From an uncultured Myxococcales bacterium (GTDB lineage Bacteria > Myxococcota > Kuafuiibacteriia > Kuafuiibacteriales > Kuafuiibacteriaceae), in NCBI GenBank assembly GCA_964519665.1, contig CAZFIV010000011.1:35234-99233 (forward strand): DNA of 64,000 nucleotides, given 5' to 3'. A program made the translations under genes and the position numbers. This document shows, piece after piece, positions 47,701 to 56,265 of the stretch; the first letter of the stretch is position 1, and the number at the start of each line of letters is the position of its first letter. The notes below the pieces were generated by a model, which saw only the letters and a list, made by a program, of their open reading frames with translations, did no database searches and had not been told where the DNA came from.

Positions 47701-49524
47701 TCATTCCACCACGACTTCCTCATCCTTCGCGACGCGCAATACCTCTTCGGTCGTGGTCTTGCCCGCCATCACTTTGCGGACGCCGTCGCCCAAGAGCGTG
47801 ATCATCCCGTTCTCGACGGCCTTACGCTTGATGGTGCCGGCATCCGCGTTGCGTAACACCAAAGGCCGAATCTCGTCGTCGACCGACAGGAGTTCGTAGA
47901 TACCGCTACGCCCCCGGTAGCCGGTCTCGAGACACTCCGAACACCCGTTCTCTTTGTAGAAGGTCAGGTCGGGTTGCGGCTGCATCCGCACTTCGCGGAG
48001 TTCATCTTCGGTCGGCGTGTAGGGCGTCTTGCAGGCTGAGCATAGGTTTCGCACCAGACGCTGCGCCAGCACGCCGATCAGCGTGGAGGACACCAAGAAC
48101 GGCTCGACGCCCATGTCGACCAAGCGGGTGACGGCACCGGGCGCGTCATTGGTGTGAACCGTGGACAGGACGAGGTGACCGGTCAGCGACGCCTGGATGG
48201 CGATCTCCGCGGTCTCGCGGTCTCGGATCTCGCCGACCATGATCACGTCCGGGTCCTGCCGCAGGAAGGCTCGCAATCCCGACGCAAAGGTGAGGTCGAT
48301 CTTCTTGTTGACCTGCATCTGTCCGACGCCCGCGAGCTGGTATTCGACCGGGTCTTCGACGGTCAGGATGTTGATATCGGGGGAGTTGATGCGGGACAGG
48401 GCCGCGTACAGGGTGGTCGTCTTGCCGGAACCCGTCGGCCCCGACACTAGGATGATGCCGTGCGGACGGGTGACCAAGTGCACGAAGCTCTTGTAGACGT
48501 TCGGCGCGAAACCGAGCTCTTCGAGCGACAACAGGATGTTCGAGCGGTCGAGGATACGCATGACCACGCGTTCGCCGTGAGCGGTGGGGATGGTGCTGAC
48601 GCGAACGTCGATGTCTTTGCCGGCGATGCGACGCCGGATGCGGCCGTCTTGGGGCAGTCGCTTCTCGGCGATGTTCAGCCCGGCCATGATCTTGACGCGG
48701 GCCATGATCGGCGATTGGGCGTGCTTCGGAGCCTCGACCTTCTTGTAGAGGATGCCGTCGATGCGGTTGCGCACGACGACCAGACGTTCGAAAGACTCGA
48801 TGTGGATGTCGGACGCCCGGCTCTTGACCGCGTCGCGCAAGAGCGCGTTCACGAACCGAATGATCGGCGCATCGTCGCCGCTCTGCTCGTCCAGCAGGTC
48901 GCTGGCGTCGATGTCGGCTTCGAGGTCGTCGTCTTCATTTTGAAGCTGAGCGACCGCCTCGTGGGCGAGACCAGTCGCCCGGTCGTAGGCGCGATTGATG
49001 GCGTCGGCGATCGTGTCAGGCAAGGCGATGACCGGGATGACTCGAGACTCGAGGAGCATCGCCACGTCGTCGAGCCCCTCGGTGTCGACGGGGTCTTGAA
49101 CGGCGGTCATCACCGAGTCGCCGAGCCGGGCCACCGGCAACACACCGTGCTGGCGGGCGAACGAGATCGGCACCCGCTGAATCAGGTCGTCGGGAATCTG
49201 GTCGACCTCGATCTTCTCGAGGAACGGCATCTCCATCTGTACCGACAGGATGCGGGCGACCTGCTCGTTGTTGAGGCGTCCGGTTTGAACGAGGAGGTCG
49301 CCCACCCGTTCCTCGTCGCTCTCGACCTGCTGCGCTTCGAGCGCCGCGTTGACGTCTTCGCTCTCCACCATGCCCATCGCGATGGCGATCTCGCCGAATG
49401 GGCGCCCAGCCAAATGCGCGAATTGGGTCGGTGTGGGGGGCGGCACCACCTCGCGGGGAGTCTCGGTGACCGACCCCGATACTTCGGGCTGGACGCTTTC
49501 AACCATATTCTCGTGGCTCCTCAA
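47701..49524 (-). CDS. gspE: Type II secretion system ATPase GspE
   Basis: Walker A GPTGSGKTT, Asp box, Walker B (ILTVEDPVEY), His box, and the tetracysteine motif CSAC...CSEC. N1/N2 domains present. The start ATG overlaps the gspD stop (ATGA). Confidence 0.9.
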   Translation of the reverse strand: MRSHENMVESVQPEVSGSVTETPREVVPPPTPTQFAHLAGRPFGEIAIAMGMVESEDVNAALEAQQVESDEERVGDLLVQTGRLNNEQVARILSVQMEMPFLEKIEVDQIPDDLIQRVPISFARQHGVLPVARLGDSVMTAVQDPVDTEGLDDVAMLLESRVIPVIALPDTIADAINRAYDRATGLAHEAVAQLQNEDDDLEADIDASDLLDEQSGDDAPIIRFVNALLRDAVKSRASDIHIESFERLVVVRNRIDGILYKKVEAPKHAQSPIMARVKIMAGLNIAEKRLPQDGRIRRRIAGKDIDVRVSTIPTAHGERVVMRILDRSNILLSLEELGFAPNVYKSFVHLVTRPHGIILVSGPTGSGKTTTLYAALSRINSPDINILTVEDPVEYQLAGVGQMQVNKKIDLTFASGLRAFLRQDPDVIMVGEIRDRETAEIAIQASLTGHLVLSTVHTNDAPGAVTRLVDMGVEPFLVSSTLIGVLAQRLVRNLCSACKTPYTPTEDELREVRMQPQPDLTFYKENGCSECLETGYRGRSGIYELLSVDDEIRPLVLRNADAGTIKRKAVENGMITLLGDGVRKVMAGKTTTEEVLRVAKDEEVVVE

Positions 49525-52148
49525 CGCCCGCCGGAAGGCGCATCATCCACTGATGGCGTTTCGTCAGCGGACGCTTCCCCGATCGGCGGCGTGCTCGGGT
49601 CGAGGGCGGAACTGCCGTCGTCGGGGTCGCCGTCGTCTCCCGTCGTGCCATCGGGCTTGATCAGCACTTCGGATTCGGTTCCGGGACCGTCGTTCTCGAG
49701 CTTCTGAAGCTCGCTGGACATTCGGTAGTGGTACGAGCCCAAAGGCCCCACTTTGCGGTCCCAATCGATGGCTGCCCGGTAATCCGACGTCGTCCCGTAG
49801 AAACGGTCTACGAACTCTTTGCGCTCGGCCATCTTGCGCTCGAAGATCCGCCGGAAGTCTTCCGGGCCCCGGATGATGTACGGAGTCAGGACCAACAGGA
49901 GGTTGGTCTTCTCGACGACCCGCTGCTGACGCTTGAACAGCCAGCCGATGAGCGGGAGGTCGCCGAGCAGCGGCGTCTTGGCCTCGTCGACGGTCTCGCG
50001 GTCTCGCACCAGGCCGCCGATCACGACGCTGTCTTGGCTGCGGACGACGACGGTGGTCTTGGCCGAACGCTTGGAGGTGATGACCTGGTTGGTCACCTGG
50101 TCGATACCGGCCACGTCGGACAGCTCTTGGTCGATCTCGAGGCGAACATAGTCCTCGTCGTTGATCTGCGGCTTCAACTTGAGCGTCAGGCCGACGTCTT
50201 CGCGGTTGAAAGAGACCTGCCCGAGGCCGAGACCGCCGAGGTTGCCGAGCGCCTGGGTGGCCTGGTTGTTGATGCCCCCGAGGCCGGCGAGGTTGCCGCC
50301 GAGGCTCAAGCCCGAGGGGAAGGGCCGCTTCTCGTTGACCTGAATCTCCGCCTCTTCGTTGTCGACCGTCAGCAGGTGTGGGGTCGATACCACGTTGACG
50401 TCATTGGTGCTCTGGAGCGCCTGCAGGATCACCCCGATGGCGGGAATACCGCCCTGAATGATCTCGTCGGTTCCCGCGAGGGTCGGACCGCGAATCGCTC
50501 CCGCCAGGCCGAGCAGGCTGGCCAGGTTGAGGGGGTTAGTGGCGGCCGCGATCGACGACAGGTCGTTGTTCGGGGTGTTCGACAAGATGATGGGCGTTCG
50601 CTCGCCGTCGATTCGAGGCGCGATGCCTCCGTGCCAGCCCACCCCAAGAGTGCGGTCGCGGCTGATCGAAACTTCGAGAATCACAGCTTCGACGAACACC
50701 TGGAAGCGGGGCACGTCGAGCTTCTCGATGACTCTCTTCACCGAGGCGAGGTCGCTCTTGGAGGCCGTGATGACCAGACTGTTGGTCGCCTTGTCGGCGG
50801 TGATTTTGATCTCGCCTTCGAACAGAGCGGCCGAGGGCCGCGGGGTGTTCGCGGCTGCCGCTCCTCGGCCAGCTGGCCGACGGGTTCGCGCGGCCGCGCC
50901 GCTCTGCCCTTGCGCCAACGAACTCAGAGTCTGGGCCAATTCTTCGGCGTCGGCGTGCTTCAGGCCGAGCACGTGGATCCGCTGCCCGTCACCGCTCTCC
51001 GGGATGTCGAGCTCGCGAAGCAAGAGCTGAATCTGCACGAGCGCTTCGGGGGAGCAAATGATGATCAGCTTGTTGGTGCGGTCGTCGGCCAGGATTTTCG
51101 AGACCCGCACTTCATCGTCGGTCTCTCCCGCCGGGGGCGCGGTATTCCGGCGCCCCCTTCGTCGTCGGGCGGCGCGCACTTTCTTCGCGGGCGCCTTGCC
51201 GGCCGCCGGCGCGGCCGGTTCGAATACTTGGCTGAGTCGTTCGGCGACCTCGCTCGCCGACGCGAACTCCACCGGGATCACGTGGACGTCTTCGACGACA
51301 CCCGGCTGGTCGATCTCCCGTAGAATGCCCTCGAGCCGCTGGATGGATGTGCCGAAGTCGGTCGCGATGATGGTATTGGTGGACGCAAACGGGTGGATCT
51401 GGCCTTTGCCGCTCTTGAAAATGTTGAGATAGTTGACCACCGCGTTGATGTCGGCCGCGTGCTGGATTCGCCAGACGACGGTGACCATTCGGTCTTCGAC
51501 GGCGCCCCGGGGCAGACTGCGTTTGTGAATGGGTACCGGCGAACGGGTGCCGTCGGTGGCCTGAATGATCTTATAATACTTGCCGACCTGAATCAGGCTG
51601 AAGTCGTTGGCCTCGAGCGCGGACAGAAAGACCCGCCAGTATTCGTCGCGGTTGATCGGCACCGGCGAGATGATTTCGAACTTTTGACTGCGGATCTTGT
51701 TGGTCAGGATGAAGTTTTTGCAGGTCAGCTTGCTGACTTCTTCCACCAGTTCCTTGATGTCGCCCTTGAAATCGAAGGTCCGCGTGCCCCGGACGGGCGT
51801 ACAACGCCCGGTGCGGCGAAGGTTCTGAAACGCTTGCGACGCCGAGTCGCTGGACGGGGGCGGAGCGACCTCCGCCGCGGGACTCCGGCTATCCGGTCGT
51901 GCCCGCCCTCGATCCGGCCGGGCCGCTTTCCTCGGGGCGGTCTTCTCGACCTTCGCGCGCTCGCGAGCGGCCGGCAACCGGCCGGGTATGGTCAGGGCGC
52001 GGCGATCGACAAAGGGCGCGGTCTTCGCCGTAAGCCGCTTGTCAGCGCCTTGCTCTTCCGCCCCCGCCTGGATCGGGGGCAGAACGGCCAACGCGACGAG
52101 GGCGGCCGCGGGCAGCGGGAGGGACGGAGATGGAGTCGATGTCGTCAT
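49521..52148 (-). CDS. gspD: Type II secretion system secretin GspD
   Basis: 875 aa with signal peptide, N0-N3 domains and a C-terminal secretin domain (VVVRSQDSVVIGGLVRD...TPLLGDLPLIGWLFK...LLVLTPYIIR). It also has a long Pro/Ala/Arg-rich N-terminal linker and an acidic Asp/Pro-rich C-terminal tail. Confidence 0.9.
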   Translation of the reverse strand: MTTSTPSPSLPLPAAALVALAVLPPIQAGAEEQGADKRLTAKTAPFVDRRALTIPGRLPAARERAKVEKTAPRKAARPDRGRARPDSRSPAAEVAPPPSSDSASQAFQNLRRTGRCTPVRGTRTFDFKGDIKELVEEVSKLTCKNFILTNKIRSQKFEIISPVPINRDEYWRVFLSALEANDFSLIQVGKYYKIIQATDGTRSPVPIHKRSLPRGAVEDRMVTVVWRIQHAADINAVVNYLNIFKSGKGQIHPFASTNTIIATDFGTSIQRLEGILREIDQPGVVEDVHVIPVEFASASEVAERLSQVFEPAAPAAGKAPAKKVRAARRRRGRRNTAPPAGETDDEVRVSKILADDRTNKLIIICSPEALVQIQLLLRELDIPESGDGQRIHVLGLKHADAEELAQTLSSLAQGQSGAAARTRRPAGRGAAAANTPRPSAALFEGEIKITADKATNSLVITASKSDLASVKRVIEKLDVPRFQVFVEAVILEVSISRDRTLGVGWHGGIAPRIDGERTPIILSNTPNNDLSSIAAATNPLNLASLLGLAGAIRGPTLAGTDEIIQGGIPAIGVILQALQSTNDVNVVSTPHLLTVDNEEAEIQVNEKRPFPSGLSLGGNLAGLGGINNQATQALGNLGGLGLGQVSFNREDVGLTLKLKPQINDEDYVRLEIDQELSDVAGIDQVTNQVITSKRSAKTTVVVRSQDSVVIGGLVRDRETVDEAKTPLLGDLPLIGWLFKRQQRVVEKTNLLLVLTPYIIRGPEDFRRIFERKMAERKEFVDRFYGTTSDYRAAIDWDRKVGPLGSYHYRMSSELQKLENDGPGTESEVLIKPDGTTGDDGDPDDGSSALDPSTPPIGEASADETPSVDDAPSGGR

Positions 52149-52152
52149 TGCT

Positions 52153-53148
52153 CTACCGGATGTTGTAGCTCAGCGACTTTTTCTTACCTCGACGCAGAAG
52201 GTCCACCGAGATGTTGTTCGCATCTTTCAGCTTCGAGTAGACGGCGAGGGCGCGGTCGGGGCTGTTGATCTCGTAACCGTTGATTTTCTGAATGATATCG
52301 CCGTTCTTGATGCCGATCTTGGCGTAGAGGCTACCCGGCCGGATCGAGAACAGCTTGAAGCCGTTGGCTTTGCCGTTCCGGAAGGAAGGCACGATCCGTG
52401 CCTGGGTCGCGATCTTGTTTAGGTTCGACAGAACGCTATCGATCTCGGCTCGAGGGATCGTGTATTCGTTCTCATTGACCTTCGCGATGCCGTCGCCCAG
52501 GTCGGGCTCTTCTTCCTGTTTCGCCTGCGGTCGGCCTCGGGGGATCGAGGGCTGCTGGTCTTTCGGGTTGAGCGAGAACCGTTCGCACCGGTTGTTGTGC
52601 ATGATGAAGGCGTTCCGACGCTCGATCCAGACCAAGTCGGCCTTGTCGAGGATCCGGTCGCCCACCCGATGAATGACCAAGTCTTTCTGGCTGGAGTCTT
52701 GAAACGATGCCGACGATTGCTCTGGGTCGGTCGAGTTGACGGACGTGCTCACGAGAGCCAGCGGAAGACTGGACGCCACGCAGTTCTCCTCGGTGTAGTC
52801 TTCCGGGTTCTTGGGCGCTTCGACCACTTCGACGACCTCCGGCTCGACCTCGACCGGGGTCAGATCTTCGCGCTTCGACTTGAAGACGTTCCGCTCGAGG
52901 AGCGCGGACCACGCCGAAGAGAGGTCCTGCTCGGATGGGCTCCCGCTGGCGGCGCGAGATGGTCGCGGAGCAGCGATGTCCGACGCGGGAATCGCGAGGC
53001 TCCGGCGGACGAAGGCGTTGGCCGTCTGGGCGGTGATGAACGCGGCGACCGCGAGCATCCCGAGCTTGAAAGACCAGAAGTATGACTTGAAGTAGGTATC
53101 CAGCACGACTGCGGTGCTGGCTGTAGCAGCCGTCATGCCAGCTGGCAA
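52153..53148 (-). CDS. gspC: Type II secretion system protein C (GspC) with C-terminal PDZ domain
   Basis: N-terminal TM (LGMLAVAAFITAQTANAFV), a periplasmic linker, and a PDZ domain (GFKLFSIRPGSLYAKIGIKNGDIIQKINGYEINSPDRA). First gene of the cluster. Confidence 0.7.
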   Translation of the reverse strand: MPAGMTAATASTAVVLDTYFKSYFWSFKLGMLAVAAFITAQTANAFVRRSLAIPASDIAAPRPSRAASGSPSEQDLSSAWSALLERNVFKSKREDLTPVEVEPEVVEVVEAPKNPEDYTEENCVASSLPLALVSTSVNSTDPEQSSASFQDSSQKDLVIHRVGDRILDKADLVWIERRNAFIMHNNRCERFSLNPKDQQPSIPRGRPQAKQEEEPDLGDGIAKVNENEYTIPRAEIDSVLSNLNKIATQARIVPSFRNGKANGFKLFSIRPGSLYAKIGIKNGDIIQKINGYEINSPDRALAVYSKLKDANNISVDLLRRGKKKSLSYNIR

Positions 53149-53233
53149 CGCTATGTCGCGCGTGGGTTTCTAGGCGCATGCGCTTTGACAGCTTGGCATC
53201 TGTACCCAGCGCGAGTGACATTTTGTCGCAACG

Positions 53234-53983
53234 ATGTGTGGGCGGTACACTCTTCGGAAAACACCCAAGGAAGTGGGCGCCCTATGGGTGGGGGGGCCCG
53301 TGCTGATCGAGCCGTCGAACAATCCTTCTCGGCACCGTGGTGATCCGGACGCGCTCCGCTACAACATTGCGCCCACCCAGGATGTCTTCGCGGTCCGTCG
53401 GGGGCCGGAAGGTCGGGTCGCGGGGTGGTTCCGCTGGGGTTTGGTGCCGCCCGGGGCGCGCTCCCTTCAGGTGGGGGCCAAGATGATCAACGCGAGGGCC
53501 GAAACCGTGTTCTCACGCGGGGCCTTCGCCAAGCCGGTGCGTGAGCAACGCTGCCTGATTCCCGCCGACGGGTTCATCGAGTGGGTTCGCATTGGCAAAG
53601 CCAAGCATCCTTTCCACCTCCGAATGAGCGATGGCGCCGTCTTCGCAATCGCGGGAATCTGGCAAACGTGGCGGAGCTCGAAGGGCGACGTGGTCTCGTC
53701 CTGTTCGATCATTACGACGGAGGCGAACGCAGTGGTGAGACCGCTACACGACCGAATGCCGGTCATCCTGCGGCCGGATGACTACGGACCGTGGCTCGAC
53801 CCCGAGCGACGCACGCCGGAGCAGCTCGGGGCGTTCCTCGAGCCCTTCGACGCCGAGGCGATGGTGGCGGTTTCGATATCGCCGCGGGTGAACGATGTGG
53901 CCCACGATGATCCGGAGTGCCTTGAGGAGGTTTCGTCACCAGCGCTGCCGTTTGAGCAGCTCGGGTTTCGATTCGAAGCGTGA
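53234..53983 (+). CDS. SOS-response-associated peptidase (SRAP; YedK/HMCES family, abasic-site DNA-protein crosslink protein)
   Basis: Starts MCGRY (catalytic Cys2). Conserved ...INARAETV...PADGFIEW... and a His-containing C-terminal motif. 249 aa. Confidence 0.85.
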   Translation: MCGRYTLRKTPKEVGALWVGGPVLIEPSNNPSRHRGDPDALRYNIAPTQDVFAVRRGPEGRVAGWFRWGLVPPGARSLQVGAKMINARAETVFSRGAFAKPVREQRCLIPADGFIEWVRIGKAKHPFHLRMSDGAVFAIAGIWQTWRSSKGDVVSSCSIITTEANAVVRPLHDRMPVILRPDDYGPWLDPERRTPEQLGAFLEPFDAEAMVAVSISPRVNDVAHDDPECLEEVSSPALPFEQLGFRFEA

Positions 53984-54087
53984 TCCAGCGCTCGCTCGCC
54001 AATTCGAGGCGCGATTGACCTCGGGCCATCTCAGCGCACGATCCGTCCTTCAGCCGAAAGCCCGTCCGTCGAACTAGCCCACAGGAG

Positions 54088-54558
54088 ATGGTCATGAAGC
54101 AAGGGATGATGCTGACGACTCTATGCTGCTTTTTGGGCGCGTGTGCGAGCGAACAGGCTCGGATTCGAACGTTCGTGATGACTGCGCAAGCCCCGTTAAC
54201 GACCCTACCGAACGCGAGCACCTTCCCCGAGTTGGAAGCGGTCATCGGCCGGTCGGGACCGAACCTGGCCCGAAGGCTGGGATACAAAGGCTACGACGTC
54301 ACGGCGGTGGTCCCTCAGTCGTCTCAATGGCGATACGTTCGAGACGACCGCCTCCACGTGGTCGTCCGACGCGAGACCCCGCTGGGCATCGCCGTGCGCA
54401 AGCGCTCGGCGAGTGACCGTTGCCTCTATCTGGAGCCCACCGTCGTTCAAGATCGGCTGGGGGCTGAAGACTGGGGGCCGCTTCGCCTGGGAGCGCACAG
54501 CTATCAGGTCCGAAGGCTGGATTGCGATCTATCGGGAGCATCGTTGGCGTCACGATGA
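54088..54558 (+). CDS. Hypothetical lipoprotein
   Basis: Signal peptide with lipobox (LTTLCCFLGACAS). An AGGAG RBS lies 8 nt upstream of the ATG. No domain recognised. Confidence 0.5.
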   Translation: MVMKQGMMLTTLCCFLGACASEQARIRTFVMTAQAPLTTLPNASTFPELEAVIGRSGPNLARRLGYKGYDVTAVVPQSSQWRYVRDDRLHVVVRRETPLGIAVRKRSASDRCLYLEPTVVQDRLGAEDWGPLRLGAHSYQVRRLDCDLSGASLASR

Positions 54559-54584
54559 AGCCTCTGTTACCGTCCGGTTGAGAG

Positions 54585-55508
54585 ATGGACTTCAACCAGC
54601 TGCGGTACTTCCTGGCCGTTGCCGAGCACGGAAGCATTTCGGCGGCGGCCCGCGCCGTTCAGGCTCGGCAACCGACGCTCAGCGTTGCGATCAAGAACCT
54701 CGAAGAAGACCTCGGGGCCACCCTCTTTCATCGAGACAGTCGGGGCGTATCGCTGACCGCTTCCGGACGGGTGCTGAGGGACGGTGCCCAGGAGATCTTC
54801 GAGATCCTCGAGCGCGCTCGGCGCGGCGTTTCGGGCCTCGAGACTGAAGATGTTGGGGAGTTCGTCATCGGATGCCACGAGGCGCTCGGTGCCTACTTTT
54901 TGCCTGCGTTCATGCAGGGGTTCCTCCGGGCGGCCCCCAAGATCCAGATCCGGCTCTGGAACGGGACTTCGTCGGCCGTCCGGGCGGCGGTGCTCGAGCG
55001 ACAGGTGGATTTCGGGCTATCGGTGAATCCGGATCCCCACGACGACCTCGTGATGGTTCAGCTGTACCGCGACGGCATCGAGCTGTTCGTCGCGGCGAAG
55101 GAACCGGTCGTGACGAACCGTATGCAAGCCCTGATGCGGGTGCGGCAGGGACCGCTGATCGCGGCGACCCGGATCGGCCAGATTCGGGATCTCATCGCTC
55201 GTTTCAAGGCCGACAACGTGATGCCCGACCGGTTTCTGGACTGCGGCGACCTTCAATTGGTCAAGAGTCTGGCCGTGGCCGGGCTCGGGGTCGCGCTGTT
55301 GCCGCGCCGGGTCGCGGCATATGGGGATCCGACGGCGCTGCGTCGGCTTCACCCCCAGCTGCCCGGTTTTCCCGATACCATTTACCTCCTGTACCGCGCC
55401 GATCTTCACCGGACCCAAGCTGCGCTCAAGCTCAAGGACGCTCTGGTGGAATACGGCCGAACACTGCAGGAAGGTGACCCCAACGAAGACTCGATCCTCC
55501 CGCCGTGA
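54585..55508 (+). CDS. LysR-family transcriptional regulator
   Basis: N-terminal wHTH (MDFNQLRYFLAVAEHGSISAAARAVQARQPTLSVAIKNLEEDLGATLF) and a LysR substrate-binding domain. Confidence 0.9.
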   Translation: MDFNQLRYFLAVAEHGSISAAARAVQARQPTLSVAIKNLEEDLGATLFHRDSRGVSLTASGRVLRDGAQEIFEILERARRGVSGLETEDVGEFVIGCHEALGAYFLPAFMQGFLRAAPKIQIRLWNGTSSAVRAAVLERQVDFGLSVNPDPHDDLVMVQLYRDGIELFVAAKEPVVTNRMQALMRVRQGPLIAATRIGQIRDLIARFKADNVMPDRFLDCGDLQLVKSLAVAGLGVALLPRRVAAYGDPTALRRLHPQLPGFPDTIYLLYRADLHRTQAALKLKDALVEYGRTLQEGDPNEDSILPP

Positions 55509-55615
55509 CCGGTGGTCGGCCGTTTTTGTCGTGCTCGACCCCCCGGAGGGCAGGCCGGGTCCGGCGCGTTCGACCCGGCTTGCGCCGTCGTGGGACTCGC
55601 TCTACCAGCTCAGTG

Positions 55616-56095
55616 ATGACCTCCATCTACGACCATCGAGTCACCACCAAGACCGGCGAAGACGTCACCCTTAAGGAATACGAGGGCAAGGTCCTGTTGA
55701 TCGTTAACACCGCGAGCAAGTGCGGCTTCACGCCTCAGTTCGCGGGCCTTCAGAAACTGCACGAGTCGCTGCAGGACAAAGGACTGCGGGTGCTCGGCTT
55801 TCCGTGCAATCAATTCAACCGTCAAGACCCCGGCAGCAACGACGAGATCCAGCAGTTTTGCCAGGTCAACTACGGCGTGACGTTTCCGGTTTTTGCGAAG
55901 ATCGACGTGAACGGGGCCGGCGCTCATCCCTTGTTCCGACAGCTCAAGAATGAGGCCCGCGGCACCTTCGGCACTCAAGGCATCAAGTGGAACTTCACCA
56001 AGTTCCTGGTGGATCGAAGCGGCCGGGTCGTTGAACGGTTCGGCCCTACCACCAAGCCGGAGGCGCTCACCGCCAAGATCGAAGCCCTTCTCTAA
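55616..56095 (+). CDS. gpx: Glutathione peroxidase
   Basis: Canonical GPx motifs LIVNTASKCGFT (peroxidatic Cys), LGFPCNQF and WNFTKFL. The start was reset to the ATG at 55616 (MTSIYDH). Confidence 0.9.
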   Translation: MTSIYDHRVTTKTGEDVTLKEYEGKVLLIVNTASKCGFTPQFAGLQKLHESLQDKGLRVLGFPCNQFNRQDPGSNDEIQQFCQVNYGVTFPVFAKIDVNGAGAHPLFRQLKNEARGTFGTQGIKWNFTKFLVDRSGRVVERFGPTTKPEALTAKIEALL

Positions 56096-56250
56096 TCGGA
56101 GGGTAAGTACCCGTGTCGCATTGTGGTCTGACGTGTGAGACGCGCCGCGCAACAACGAACGCGTATCGCGACGACCAGAGAACGCGACGCTTCGCCTGAG
56201 CGCGACGCGTTGTGACGAACGCCCGGCGCGGTTGCCCGCGCCTTACTATC

Positions 56251-56262
56251 GAGGAAAGGTGG
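56251..56262 (+). promoter_or_regulatory. Ribosome-binding site for aceE
   Basis: GAGGAAAGGTGG lies 4-15 nt upstream of the aceE ATG at 56266. Confidence 0.4.
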
Positions 56263-56265
56263 GAT

